Positions 47,501 to 55,871 of a stretch of 59,687 nucleotides of DNA are shown in pieces. Position numbers and translations under genes: made by a program. How positions within the stretch are numbered: the first letter of the stretch is position 1; the number at the start of each line of letters is the position of its first letter. Source of the stretch: a virus (taxonomy: Duplodnaviria; Caudoviricetes); the IMG/VR virus record IMGVR_UViG_3300037584_004428, positions 1-59,687 of that record, one strand, 5' to 3'. The notes below the pieces were generated by a model. The model was not told the origin of the DNA. It was given only the letters and a program-made list of their open reading frames with translations, and did no database searches.

Positions 47501-48435
47501 TTAAAAAATTAAACACTTTAGGTTTAGAAATATTTTTAGTGAAACCAGATAAAGCAATTGCCAGGGTCTCTTTCATTACATATTACAAACAAAAATTAAA
47601 AGAAAAAGGAGTTGATGTTAACACTATTGATTGGGAAACACACAAGGCAGATAAAGAAGCGTTAGCATATGCAGAAGCTCAAGTTGATTTACAACAAAAT
47701 ATTTCTAGCTCTGACATGTTTGGTGAATTTTTTAAGTCAGATAACTTTTACAAAAAAAATCTCAGAAGAATATTTCTCTCTTTTGCATCTTTCGCAATGA
47801 ATTTAAAAACCAGGATATATACAGATCTACCTGTGTTGTTTAGCAAGACCGCTAGTAAATCAGAAAAGCAAAGAGCTGCGCTGTCTATTGCTTCAGCAGG
47901 CGTAGAGATAGCGGCTTTTCAAGCTATCGGAGGATTAATAAGCGCTATGATGTCTAAAATTGGATATGATGATGATGAGAAAAAAAGAAAAAAACGAATT
48001 GACAATATAATAAAAGGAAGAAAAGGAAATATAGTTACGGAATTTTTAAATCCCGTTGCTCATCCACTTGTTGATGATTATGTTTTAAAAGGAATAAATG
48101 AAACCATGAGCCTTATTACCGGAGATGATGAGAAGATATTTTTTGACAGTGACACTGGCAACATAGAGGTAAGTACTGTAACCGGTCAATTCGGTATTGC
48201 AATTAGTCGTGGTACTGAAATTATAAGGATGGGCATGCTTGCATTTGGAGATGGAGTGTTTACAAATCGATTTGGAAATAAAAGAAAGATAAGTAAAGAG
48301 TCTCAAGAAAAATTAAAACCATTACTAATACCTGCATTGTTATACAACCTTGGTTTGTTGCCGGCAGAGGCAGGCACTTATACAAGGTACCAAGTAAGAG
48401 AAGCTAAAAGCAAAAATACTACGAAGGCTAAATAA
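41581..48435 (+). CDS. Giant internal virion protein (2284 aa) with zincin HExxH domain
   Basis: LAHELFH...EEFLSE; duplicated N-terminal AY.LF..GGYSG..E.FK.LI motif; Gly/Ala hydrophobic stretches. Confidence 0.7.
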   Translation: MNEEALQDAYRLFSNGGYSGSLEEFKVLIDSNPEALNDSYKLFRGGGYSGDFEAYKTLIGQKKKEEITEELSDSTSEDSLLDSQFSITESKTAKGVNKGIDVVTDAITGFNPTNPISTITNLLTKPKNISKIFDIVSEPGVSSEVKEKKETTEEPKFTDPTILSKSFEEDAGVNVETDETKLNMVQDLYSGMSGLNLDELSRYLDSDVEYEGVKSKRNRIIDQALAGTIDSDAKLESLQEDFKDLSDAGIYADMKRQEALSVYTKDKVNYINKKIQAIDSLMAEGKEDYEGLNLLDTKQNLINERTSLIKSVNRFSRQYLPFFNKYMQDKKQDLANKYVSGDMGLYNMGDITSGIGTGLSKFEQGAGKAVSDVTSVVFDAIGLDNVADRIRKNSEMEELKKLDPSSFMIARGKVVNHEGKKYIVTPEGQIIDEEREVDVSFFGEQAGIDLGAIRNKAKESNELETTSSFYGMMTGSSNVLGNLAVQIIGMKGSGKVLKAGGKYVTKPLTGLALGKQATMRANAMLSTGAIVYSGTYNQTYQEALDLGLNDAQAQVLADDIADVTGIVGGLTAVLISPNIGGQKLLDKISVKEMTKRVVEGKTTNTRKQIALDFIKGALPEGTLEAVQENLELVAEDYGRKKANLKLGDEIFKPVLTTNSVLNNSAAAFATAGLLGGAGNVGKSKIVLYNRLGSSQELFQKYMKMYVNQDRISQPEADRIVKEVESYHQFKNSVPSNIRNKPEAIEITNLLAQKNQLKDKLKTQDEVFHEGINKEISEIDAQIQTLTNQSTSTTKEPEVEPKTTEQDASTKPSAVAQTSPDESTTTEEVVEGVSSEVQQPTGTSQTQTDSDVDTTTQEEITPEDELTAEVEVVTEQEAEQELDELLNEAEAKNQNVTTVGTEGRNRSISTKASAQTKAEGFNTRTPQGKRRFNKIKSEITQAFNKKLRTLTRASNLLTKILPNTKIIFAETKADYNRLRGKDSNSVGVFRVTDDGKTAIFIDVSALSTDKGIETLAHELFHAVLYKKFGTDKAKIRRVTNKMVKELQKTLQNSNDQELKDVGNALVKFSKQYPEAKQTEEFLSETLGYLAEKFDAVRRDSKALKIVTDFVNKISNLLGLGKVKKELAKDPDRVLRALALVAKKLQSGEVLQDTDFDIINEIETEVDQEGVDAPIVTGAVDFVSDTDTTTDEEVTVTVLEDVEVDETTTEDRVVEKKKKPTTTDATSTTLLRKISTEIKKAIKQAKSQQKKIKREVALAIRESVKQGTLSAKQALVLAKRALTLNVDSPLAVERFILYTKKAFADADSIFKLKTANTFRKQLKKIGNSKTIDAAIAASAKNFSLMDPIYVEDLDLYNQLAKELIDGSKSSRVLKGEVKQKRTADLAKINAFADNQLEKEKVEIEATMRDEFEAMTGIDAKDMTYAQMKSYLDDKTPAPSEQDESIIRKAVTTMFNKYSETIKQMLSSGVDAATGNPLDLSTNQKSIVKEFMDMDLSVMGIKDVIRSVDALNNFIVNRNTGGMETVVKNNTGASNVSQMVKDNKTVKPRIKFKELYEGVVIPYFKQIATMPMTLKTVLGSLDNYIDLQIKSGLRDFISGQAKAIVNTNNMVKDYVKKFGDLKPNNEVFDSTRNNIERGLYAFLARTTSGDLDSSKKEFKRRLRLVEQSIAKYQRGDKEQKETAEILQNIYDKIKDANSSSEIENSFEQVNKDAVLFWQNEWAKVYPTLAQTSYNIYNQILGNDVNYTPDKFSVFEADVEVDLDNESAFGSFSGTLFNKKAGVLFESTKPQQLPKNRIINFNFDSNMSNSMEAAQMDVQTAPAYNQIKGFVQSPELNKLIPDESVRKLVVDKIVSFINTAKKQKYLPKEEAGAVSKGLDFLANLGVGRALIQVFQPVKQVLPVALNTIINSKGNLDIASFTNVPLQKWIDSVGTSIAIRGGLSSADLAKLENFTNSMEFLELLKDIKLNPVKSSIKLIKKLNTLGLEIFLVKPDKAIARVSFITYYKQKLKEKGVDVNTIDWETHKADKEALAYAEAQVDLQQNISSSDMFGEFFKSDNFYKKNLRRIFLSFASFAMNLKTRIYTDLPVLFSKTASKSEKQRAALSIASAGVEIAAFQAIGGLISAMMSKIGYDDDEKKRKKRIDNIIKGRKGNIVTEFLNPVAHPLVDDYVLKGINETMSLITGDDEKIFFDSDTGNIEVSTVTGQFGIAISRGTEIIRMGMLAFGDGVFTNRFGNKRKISKESQEKLKPLLIPALLYNLGLLPAEAGTYTRYQVREAKSKNTTKAK
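43997..44158 (+). CDS. Nested +1-frame basic microprotein (53 aa)
   Basis: MPVRSRAQWRKLAQTNPQLLRKWLKEYPVRFSNLPERVKPKLTVTSTRQRRRK; A-rich leader; visible local GC increase. Confidence 0.65.
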   Translation: MPVRSRAQWRKLAQTNPQLLRKWLKEYPVRFSNLPERVKPKLTVTSTRQRRRK

Positions 48436-49546
48436 AGTAATGAGTAAGCCTAGCTACTTGTCCGTGCTCTAGGTGATGAACAAATCCTTCAACGGCTTTA
48501 GGAGATCCAGTGTATCCTTTGCGACTATGCCAGCTATCTGCAGACGAAGGACTTCTTAAATACTCTACAGTCACCCCAACAAAATCTTTTCCGTCTAGCC
48601 ATTTGTGTTTTACTTTGTGGTGCAAATGATGTAAGTACCAATATCTTCTTTTAGCTTGCGCCCACATCATAGGTTTTTCTTGAGCCATCAGCAAAGGTAG
48701 ATCAGAAAGTTTAGCGCCATCGCCATGCTCTAATCCAATCAAAGAATTACCATACTGATAATACTTTCTATGGTTTACTGTTATGTCAAACTTAATATCC
48801 TTGGCCTTTCTAAACCATGCTTGTAATGTATGAGCTAAATGAAAACCGGATTGATAATCATGATTACTCATACTATGCACCACGTCGACAGGTGCAATGG
48901 CTCTAAGCATTTCAATACACTTCACATATAACTTCAAAGCTATTTCATAATGCTCCCACCACTTACCATCTGTATCTTGTCTTGTACCTTTGGTTGTGGT
49001 ATTATATACATTATCTACATGAAGCACGTCATTACCAATACAGAATAATATTTTATCTATGTCAAATCCAATTGATTTAGCAAGCAATCCTTTTACACCT
49101 TCAATAACTCTTTCACATGCAACATCAGTGTTGTATACTTCACCAGTCTCAACTTCTTGTGCGTACTTACCAATATGTATGTCAGCTGGATTTACAACTA
49201 ATAGATGTGGATCCTTGCTTTTAGACCTTCTAATACTTTTATATGTAGGTGCATGATCGTGAATAAATTTATTTACATTCTTCATCATCTGACCTTCATC
49301 TAAACCATAGTCATCTTTGGTGACTATAGAAAACCTATACTCACCTGATGCGCTCTGCCAATGCTTTACGCTTACTACTGATTCTGGATCTATACCTCTT
49401 TCATGAAGATGTTTAGATAACTCAGAGTTTTCATTTTCATTTACATTTACAAATGTATTAGAGCGATATTCAAGTATCAACTCTTCTTCTTGTGGTGAAA
49501 GACGTAGCCTTCTACCATATGTTTTTTTCTCAGATTTAGATTTCAT
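48428..49546 (-). CDS. Calcineurin-like metallophosphoesterase
   Basis: ADIHIG, GNDVLH, SNHD, EHGD and HHLHH motifs. Confidence 0.85.
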   Translation of the reverse strand: MKSKSEKKTYGRRLRLSPQEEELILEYRSNTFVNVNENENSELSKHLHERGIDPESVVSVKHWQSASGEYRFSIVTKDDYGLDEGQMMKNVNKFIHDHAPTYKSIRRSKSKDPHLLVVNPADIHIGKYAQEVETGEVYNTDVACERVIEGVKGLLAKSIGFDIDKILFCIGNDVLHVDNVYNTTTKGTRQDTDGKWWEHYEIALKLYVKCIEMLRAIAPVDVVHSMSNHDYQSGFHLAHTLQAWFRKAKDIKFDITVNHRKYYQYGNSLIGLEHGDGAKLSDLPLLMAQEKPMMWAQAKRRYWYLHHLHHKVKHKWLDGKDFVGVTVEYLRSPSSADSWHSRKGYTGSPKAVEGFVHHLEHGQVARLTHYFI

Positions 49547-49724
49547 CCTGGTAGTTTAATTGGGTTTGTTTGAGTAGTTGAATCAAAGAAGTAATGTTGT
49601 GATCTAAGGTTATATAATCTTGATCAGCAAGTGATTCGTAAATTTCGTCAGAGTGGTCGTGAATTTCCTCCATCAACTTATTGATGTAAGTAAAGTTAAC
49701 TTTTGAAGGATTATTAAAGGTCAT
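49536..49724 (-). CDS. Hypothetical protein
   Basis: 62-aa ORF in operon context. Confidence 0.6.
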   Translation of the reverse strand: MTFNNPSKVNFTYINKLMEEIHDHSDEIYESLADQDYITLDHNITSLIQLLKQTQLNYQDEI

Positions 49725-49799
49725 TTAATCTACGTCCATAATGAAACAATAGTAATTTCCCGATTTAATATGTGTTTTGCTAAGTGTTAGATATGTAAG

Positions 49800-50168
49800 T
49801 TAGTAAAATAATATGATTAAAACACAAAAAATAGAAGAATATTTTGCAAATTCCTTGATACCTAGGTTTGTTGTAATGTAAAACCTCTCTAATTGCGTTA
49901 AATCATCGTCAGTAAAAACTGTTTTTTGTTTTATTTTAATTGTTTTTTCCGAACCATTGTCTGAAAAAAGATAAAAGGTATTATCATCACTAAGACTTGA
50001 AGACATACATATATCATAATAAGCTACGTTTTGTGTGTGATAGTCTGCAATGACTCCTTTAACATAATACTCAGAGCTATTGGTTAAAGCGCATATATTT
50101 TGTATAGGCATTTTAGGATCCTCTTTATATAAATCTAATATCTTAAAACGTTTGGTTGCTTTTCTCAT
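49800..50168 (-). CDS. Hypothetical protein with possible N-terminal HTH
   Basis: ILDLYKEDPKMPIQNICALTNSSEYYVKGVI pattern. Confidence 0.5.
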   Translation of the reverse strand: MRKATKRFKILDLYKEDPKMPIQNICALTNSSEYYVKGVIADYHTQNVAYYDICMSSSLSDDNTFYLFSDNGSEKTIKIKQKTVFTDDDLTQLERFYITTNLGIKEFAKYSSIFCVLIILFY

Positions 50169-50478
50169 AATGTAAATAGTATCCTGCGTTTATATAGTCT
50201 AAATAATCATTTACGTCTATCTCACGGATGTTTATTAAAATTAGTGAATTTGGTAGATATTTCAAAAATTCTATCTCAAAATATAATATTTCTGATTTAA
50301 TTTTTAAAGCGCCCGCAATAATTTGTTCTTGATCATCCACCTCAACTTGATTGATCATGTCTTCTAGGTACCTAGAGATAGGTATGGCTCTTTTGATTCC
50401 AAAATTTCTTATGTTTTCAATAAATAAATCTTCTACTTCAACGTTTTTCTCCTCTATATACCTCGACTGTAAACCCAT
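50143..50478 (-). CDS. Hypothetical protein
   Basis: 111-aa ORF overlapping both neighbours. Confidence 0.6.
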   Translation of the reverse strand: MGLQSRYIEEKNVEVEDLFIENIRNFGIKRAIPISRYLEDMINQVEVDDQEQIIAGALKIKSEILYFEIEFLKYLPNSLILINIREIDVNDYLDYINAGYYLHYEKSNQTF

Positions 50479-50686
50479 AATCCTCTAATTCTTTTAGTCT
50501 ATATTCTTGTAGCTTTGATACTTTACCATTGGGTTTTTTTATTTCAGAAAAAATAACATCCGCGCCATGTGGTATAGCTATCACATCGGGGATACCATTC
50601 TTATTTGTTTTAATTAATTTAATTACGTAGTAACCAGCTGACTCTAACTGCTTAATTCTCTTGGCTTGAATTTGCTGTTCAGTCAT
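50438..50686 (-). CDS. VRR-NUC domain nuclease (probable start MTEQQIQ)
   Basis: E..IQ, GIPD, FSEIKKP.G.VS.LQ..R...L...GF.V.V. Confidence 0.85.
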   Translation of the reverse strand: MTEQQIQAKRIKQLESAGYYVIKLIKTNKNGIPDVIAIPHGADVIFSEIKKPNGKVSKLQEYRLKELEDYGFTVEVYRGEKR

Positions 50687-50687
50687 A

Positions 50688-51932
50688 TTATAAAGATAAT
50701 AAATCTCTTTTGAAATGTTGAAGTGTGTAGTCTTTCTTTTTGGATACAGCTTTGTAAATCTGATCTTCGATTCCACCCTCGCTGAAAATCCAGTAGATGT
50801 CGTTTTTTAATCTATCCTTGGTTGTCATCCTATCTCTTGACTGCCAATAAGATGTGGCGCTAAAGTCAATATTATAATACACTAAGCAATCAGCTTGCTT
50901 CAAACTGATACCTTCTCTTCCGCTCACAATTTGTAGAGCAATATTTTTATTTGTGGCTTCAAACTCAGTCAACTCTGTGCATAGACTATCGCCAAATTCC
51001 TCCTTCAATGCTTTTAATTCTGCAGTAAATTTATAGAAGATTCCAATCTTTTTATTCTTAAATCTTTTCTTAATAAACTTAGCTTTACTTGAATCAATTA
51101 CCATAGACTTACCGCTTTCAAATTTAACTGTGCCAGAATACATTTGATGCAACTTACTCATTAGCTTTACACCAGTGTCAGCTAAAATAACTTCATCCTT
51201 CCCTTGTATAACTAGATCTTTTCTTAATCTTTTGCATAAGCTATAAGTAGACTTTAACATTGTCACCTTCAATACACTTTCTTTTGTTTGGACTTTATAC
51301 CCTGCTTCTTTTTGAGTATATGAAATTGTATATGGTTTCATCGCATCAACAATACCAATCATTCCATCTGAATAATCTTTGGTGTTAAATCCGTGTAAAT
51401 ATCTTAAGGTTATGTTTACATACAGCCTAGCAAACTTATAAAAAGTAGAATATTTTTTGAAAGGATTATTGGGATGCCCATAAATTTGATGATACATTTG
51501 AGAATAAGATTCAGGTGTTGGGGTACCTGATAATAAAATATAATAAGGATTGTTTATCTGTATTAATTCTTTAACTTGCTTTGCTCGTTTGCTAGGTTTC
51601 GGATAAGCCCCCATACTATGAGCCTCATCGCATACTATTACATCCCATCCTCTTTTTTTTATTTTATGTAAACTTTCGTAATTAATAACTTGAAGTTCAA
51701 AACCAGGTAGTAGCATTCGATAATCGTTTTCAATACTACTTATTGCTTTTTTCTTGGTAATAAATAAAACATTATCAATATATAAATTATTACATATACC
51801 CAAACTGGTAAGCGTTTTACCTGTCCTTACCTCCATAGCTAAATAAAGTAATCTATCACGAATTAAAATACCTGTTCCTTGATTGATTATTTTTTTCTGA
51901 TAATCTCTATATTCAAATGGTCTTAACCTCAT
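50688..51932 (-). CDS. SNF2-like superfamily 2 helicase
   Basis: RDYQ, MEVRTGKT, DEAH, LSGTP, SGREGISL, QSRDR. Confidence 0.88.
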   Translation of the reverse strand: MRLRPFEYRDYQKKIINQGTGILIRDRLLYLAMEVRTGKTLTSLGICNNLYIDNVLFITKKKAISSIENDYRMLLPGFELQVINYESLHKIKKRGWDVIVCDEAHSMGAYPKPSKRAKQVKELIQINNPYYILLSGTPTPESYSQMYHQIYGHPNNPFKKYSTFYKFARLYVNITLRYLHGFNTKDYSDGMIGIVDAMKPYTISYTQKEAGYKVQTKESVLKVTMLKSTYSLCKRLRKDLVIQGKDEVILADTGVKLMSKLHQMYSGTVKFESGKSMVIDSSKAKFIKKRFKNKKIGIFYKFTAELKALKEEFGDSLCTELTEFEATNKNIALQIVSGREGISLKQADCLVYYNIDFSATSYWQSRDRMTTKDRLKNDIYWIFSEGGIEDQIYKAVSKKKDYTLQHFKRDLLSL

Positions 51933-52218
51933 ATTTATTTCTTATTTGCTTATATACATTTTTTAAATTAAGCATTGCTTCTTTCTGAGTCTTATATAAT
52001 TTTGATCCAACAATCTCACTACTATAATATTCTGTCCCATAAACATCTCTTCTAAAATCCTTACCATGAGCTGTAATACCGCCCTTACGTATGGCAATCC
52101 TGTGATCTTTATATGTTCCAGGTATTATATATACCTGCCAATCATTATCCACACACCAATTAAAATCAGAAATCCAACTGGGATCTTGCCTCATCAGTAA
52201 TTTGTTTTGTTTCGTCAT
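51913..52218 (-). CDS. Hypothetical protein
   Basis: ORF between primase and helicase; the start may be ATG 52194. Confidence 0.6.
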   Translation of the reverse strand: MTKQNKLLMRQDPSWISDFNWCVDNDWQVYIIPGTYKDHRIAIRKGGITAHGKDFRRDVYGTEYYSSEIVGSKLYKTQKEAMLNLKNVYKQIRNKYEVKTI

Positions 52219-54595
52219 TAAATAATATCCATCTACTCTTACTATCTCTACCCTCTTCTGGGTTTACACCTGTGGCATACATGCCATACGAAACCAACCA
52301 TTGATAAAACTTTACTCTTGATACAGTCATCTTTGCCTTGGGGGCAAAGTCAGGATTGTCTTGTATGAAATCAATATATAGTTCATGTTTATAAAGCTTT
52401 TCATTAAATCTTAGTTTGTCAGAACCTGGTGTGCCGGCAAGCAAACCGCACCACTCAATAAATTCATGACAGGTTTCCGCAGATAACTTTCTAATCTTAA
52501 GGTTTACAAATTCACTTTTGATTAATCCGCTTTTTAAATATAATTGCAAGGATTCAATCATGTAATTGTCAAATGCACACCATTCATTCTCATTCCAATC
52601 ACCAAAAAATAATTTTCCAAACTCCATGTAAGGAGTATTGGTTGTTGTGTAATGTTGTTTAAATTCTAACTCCCATTTTCTCCTTTCAAAACTTTGACCA
52701 GCTCCTTTCACAGCATAGTTAGTTGTAAGAATAAGTTTTGGAGATTTTTCAAATGGTATTTTAATTGCGTCTTTGTTTTTCTTTTCTAATGTAATACCTT
52801 CGGTAACAACACTAAACAATCTTTCAAATTCAAAATGTTTTTTTATATCATCAAAGCATAAAAGCTGAGTGTCAGCAGAGACTAACTGATATGCAAAGGA
52901 TCTTTCAAAGGCAAAAGCCTTACCATCTATTATAACTAATTTTTTCATTTGACCTAAAGCGTTGACTAACAACGACTTACCCGTACCGCCATTGGGTTGA
53001 TCTGAAATCACCTCATCATTAAGAATGACAGCTGGTGAATAGGATAGGTTTTTATGACCATGTAGTAAATAACCCAGGGTACTTTCCATAGATTTTATTC
53101 TCACTGCATCTGTACTGCATACGTTAGAAATAAAAGTTTTGAAATCACAATGCGTGTCTTCACACTCTGTATATGTTCTGTGTATGACATGATCTTTCCA
53201 AACAAATCCTTCAAGATCTAGGTAATCAATTATGGTTGTTGTTTCTTTATCAATTTTAACTGCACAATTTTGAAAATATAAATAAGCAGTATCTTTTGTG
53301 TCAGCAATAAAGTATACATCAACTGATTTCAACATTGACAAGAAGTCGTCTTTAAAATACCTGGTCTTGTCAGCAAAAAAATTATACACTGATTTATCTT
53401 CTAATGAATCAAGGTATTGTAAAACAAAATCTTTAATCTCATCCTCACTTGTATGGTCAATCAAATTGTTTTCAACTCTAACAAATATAGAGCTCTTACT
53501 ACCTTCAGGTGTATATTTATAAAAACCGTTAAGGTGTAGAAAGTCTCTAAATAAGTTATGGATGATAGTTATTTTACCTTTTTCACTTTTGTGCCAAAAA
53601 ATTTTATTAGAACTTTTAGTATCAAAATCATATATGATTTGATCAATGGCTTCAGTGCTTACATTCTGTGATTTTAAGAATTGTCTTACTTGTTGCTTAG
53701 ACTCTCCGCTTTTTAATTTTTTTTTTACGTTATTTATTTTTGATTCATCTTCGTAAAACTTAGTACCAAAGTTTGATACGTTTCGATAAGCCGAGTCAAT
53801 GGTCGTTTGTATTTCAACAGCAGAAAATGAAGAGCTTTCAAAATCTTTCATAATATATTCTGCTAAATTTTTATTAACTCCAAAGTCATTAAAGGCGGCG
53901 GCCAGTATATATACATTATTATTTCTTTCACCTTCAATCAATCCATACTTTTTTACCCACCACTTCATTAGTATTTCCACAATTTTATTTTCATTCTTAA
54001 TTGGAAACACCGGGACACTTGTATAAGTGTTTTTTTCTTCAAAGTCTTCTTCTATTATTTCATCAAATACTTTGCTGTCTTCATTTATATATATAAAAGG
54101 GTCGTATGATTCATAACATACCCTACTAATATTTTTACTTGTTGAGTCAAAATATTCATTATTAAATTGTTTAGATAATGCCTTGAAATAATTTGTGTGG
54201 TTGTCAGGGTCTATTGGAACTTTAATTAAAACTTTTAATCCGTAGCCACTAGGAGAATGAAATGCACTATGTACAAATTCATTATCCATTAAAGATATTT
54301 TATAATCTTCTAAATCTTTTTTTGTTTTAAATCCGTCAAAGTCTAAGCAGATAATACCGCTATACTCAACCAATGAATCGTCATTTCTTTTTTGAAACTT
54401 ACCAGAAAAACATATTGCTGGTAGTTCTTGCTTTAATAAATTTCTTTTTGTTTTATCTTTTTCTTTACGAATTCTTTGAATCAAATCTTTTGACTTACCT
54501 AACTCAATCCTTTGAAGAATGAAAGAGAGTGGTCGGTAGAAAGGAGTAGAAGTATCCTTTATATTTTTAAATATTGTTATTTCTATTTGATTCAA
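52166..54595 (-). CDS. Primase-helicase (BT4734/VirE-N-like primase, PriCT, P-loop helicase)
   Basis: KQELPAICFSG, SGIICLDFD, SPSGYGLK, SRVCYESYDP; GERNNN; Walker A GGTGKS, FDD, TTNY. Confidence 0.85.
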   Translation of the reverse strand: MNQIEITIFKNIKDTSTPFYRPLSFILQRIELGKSKDLIQRIRKEKDKTKRNLLKQELPAICFSGKFQKRNDDSLVEYSGIICLDFDGFKTKKDLEDYKISLMDNEFVHSAFHSPSGYGLKVLIKVPIDPDNHTNYFKALSKQFNNEYFDSTSKNISRVCYESYDPFIYINEDSKVFDEIIEEDFEEKNTYTSVPVFPIKNENKIVEILMKWWVKKYGLIEGERNNNVYILAAAFNDFGVNKNLAEYIMKDFESSSFSAVEIQTTIDSAYRNVSNFGTKFYEDESKINNVKKKLKSGESKQQVRQFLKSQNVSTEAIDQIIYDFDTKSSNKIFWHKSEKGKITIIHNLFRDFLHLNGFYKYTPEGSKSSIFVRVENNLIDHTSEDEIKDFVLQYLDSLEDKSVYNFFADKTRYFKDDFLSMLKSVDVYFIADTKDTAYLYFQNCAVKIDKETTTIIDYLDLEGFVWKDHVIHRTYTECEDTHCDFKTFISNVCSTDAVRIKSMESTLGYLLHGHKNLSYSPAVILNDEVISDQPNGGTGKSLLVNALGQMKKLVIIDGKAFAFERSFAYQLVSADTQLLCFDDIKKHFEFERLFSVVTEGITLEKKNKDAIKIPFEKSPKLILTTNYAVKGAGQSFERRKWELEFKQHYTTTNTPYMEFGKLFFGDWNENEWCAFDNYMIESLQLYLKSGLIKSEFVNLKIRKLSAETCHEFIEWCGLLAGTPGSDKLRFNEKLYKHELYIDFIQDNPDFAPKAKMTVSRVKFYQWLVSYGMYATGVNPEEGRDSKSRWILFNDETKQITDEARSQLDF

Positions 54596-54607
54596 TTGTT
54601 ATGATTT

Positions 54608-54675
54608 AATAAAAGGGATGCAAGTTAGTGTAACTTAATTGTGATGCATCACAGTTTCCTATTTCTTACATCCCT
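54608..54675 (-). other. Branched intergenic stem-loop followed by a U tract
   Basis: Outer stem 54614-54624 with 54665-54675; inner palindrome TGTGATGCATCACA; competing AAGTTA/TAACTT hairpin. Confidence 0.55.
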
Positions 54676-54690
54676 AATGATTAACTAAAT

Positions 54691-54951
54691 TTAGAAGTCG
54701 ATTGATAAATCATCTTCTGGTGTGCCCACACTCGGTGCCGTTTGCTCTACCTTTGGCTTTGGTGTTTGAAAATTCAAACTTAGATAAGTTTTTTTGCCGT
54801 CTTGAGATTTTGCTTTCCATGCTGAGATTTGCCAATCTACTCCGTTCGGATCCTTACAACTACCTGTATAATGTGGTTGGTTGTTTTCCTCTGTTCTATT
54901 CTCGTTTACAAAAATACTACCTTTTCCAGTTTTATGTACGTATGTACTCAT
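54691..54951 (-). CDS. Putative single-stranded DNA-binding protein (DUF736-like)
   Basis: GSIFVNE...PHYTG...ISAW....YLSL with acidic tail ending DDLSIDF. Confidence 0.7.
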   Translation of the reverse strand: MSTYVHKTGKGSIFVNENRTEENNQPHYTGSCKDPNGVDWQISAWKAKSQDGKKTYLSLNFQTPKPKVEQTAPSVGTPEDDLSIDF

Positions 54952-55100
54952 TTTTTTACTTTTATGTTACGCTCCAATAAATCCATTAAGGTTAAGATTA
55001 TATCTGTCTTATCCTCATTTGATTCGCAGGTCATTGGAACTTTAACCCACAATTCAAATCTATTTCTTCTGTAAAACCAATTATAAATCTTGTTCCACAT
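54948..55100 (-). CDS. Hypothetical protein (50 aa, MWNKIYNWFY...), not in ORF track
   Basis: Fills the exonuclease-SSB gap with an ATGA overlap. Confidence 0.55.
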   Translation of the reverse strand: MWNKIYNWFYRRNRFELWVKVPMTCESNEDKTDIILTLMDLLERNIKVKK

Positions 55101-55812
55101 AGAATGTTTCATTTCCAATTACATATTTGTTATAATAATCAATTGCCTGTAATACTTTATCTTCTCCATGCTGTCTTGCCCAATCAGATGATACTTGAAA
55201 CTTGCCAAGTATTTTATTTTTTTTACATACAACGAAGAACAACATTGGTTTACCAAACATTTTTTCATACAACCACGCCTGACATGAATAATAGTAGTCG
55301 GTAAAACTATACTTAAACCTATGTATGTTACTAGTTGTCTTCAAGTCTATGACATGATAAGGAGAAATAACATCGGCTTTCCCTTTCCAAATTGTATTTT
55401 GAATCTTAATCAGCCCAGGTTTTTCATATTCGTTTTGATCGTCATATATATATGGTGCAAACTCATCATTGCTTTGCATTATGTTTGCTAACTCCATTGC
55501 CAATTCACTTTCTTCAATAGTTAAAATCTTTTTATTAGATTTCCACGCTTCTTCAAATTTTTTAGTACGTCTTGATTTTACATCAATAAAATCATATAGT
55601 TTAGCTTTGTATGGCTCCAGCATTAACGCATGAAAATAAATTCCAAACTCAAAATTAGCAATAGACAAGTGATCATGATCTACTTTCTTGTAAAATTCGT
55701 AGGGTGCGTTAAGTATCGTGCCTATTTTAGATTGAGATAGGTACTGACTTCCAAACTCACCATAGTAGTCCTCATCATTATCGAGTCTTTTAAGAATTTC
55801 TTCTTCTGTCAT
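55081..55812 (-). CDS. PD-(D/E)XK exonuclease (RecE/DUF3799-like)
   Basis: YLSQS, FG.YFH..MLEP, KGKAD, IDLKTT, Y..QAWLY. Confidence 0.85.
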   Translation of the reverse strand: MTEEEILKRLDNDEDYYGEFGSQYLSQSKIGTILNAPYEFYKKVDHDHLSIANFEFGIYFHALMLEPYKAKLYDFIDVKSRRTKKFEEAWKSNKKILTIEESELAMELANIMQSNDEFAPYIYDDQNEYEKPGLIKIQNTIWKGKADVISPYHVIDLKTTSNIHRFKYSFTDYYYSCQAWLYEKMFGKPMLFFVVCKKNKILGKFQVSSDWARQHGEDKVLQAIDYYNKYVIGNETFYVEQDL

Positions 55813-55871
55813 GTCTTTCTAATATTAGATTTATGTTTGATTTCATTATCCAATCTGTCTTTTGCTCTATT

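Noticed and set aside
5712-48306. Many antisense ORFs of 60-150 aa inside structural genes (e.g. 6030-6467, 42444-42854, 45075-45524)
   Set aside because: Shadow frames of repetitive or codon-biased genes, with no motifs or leaders.
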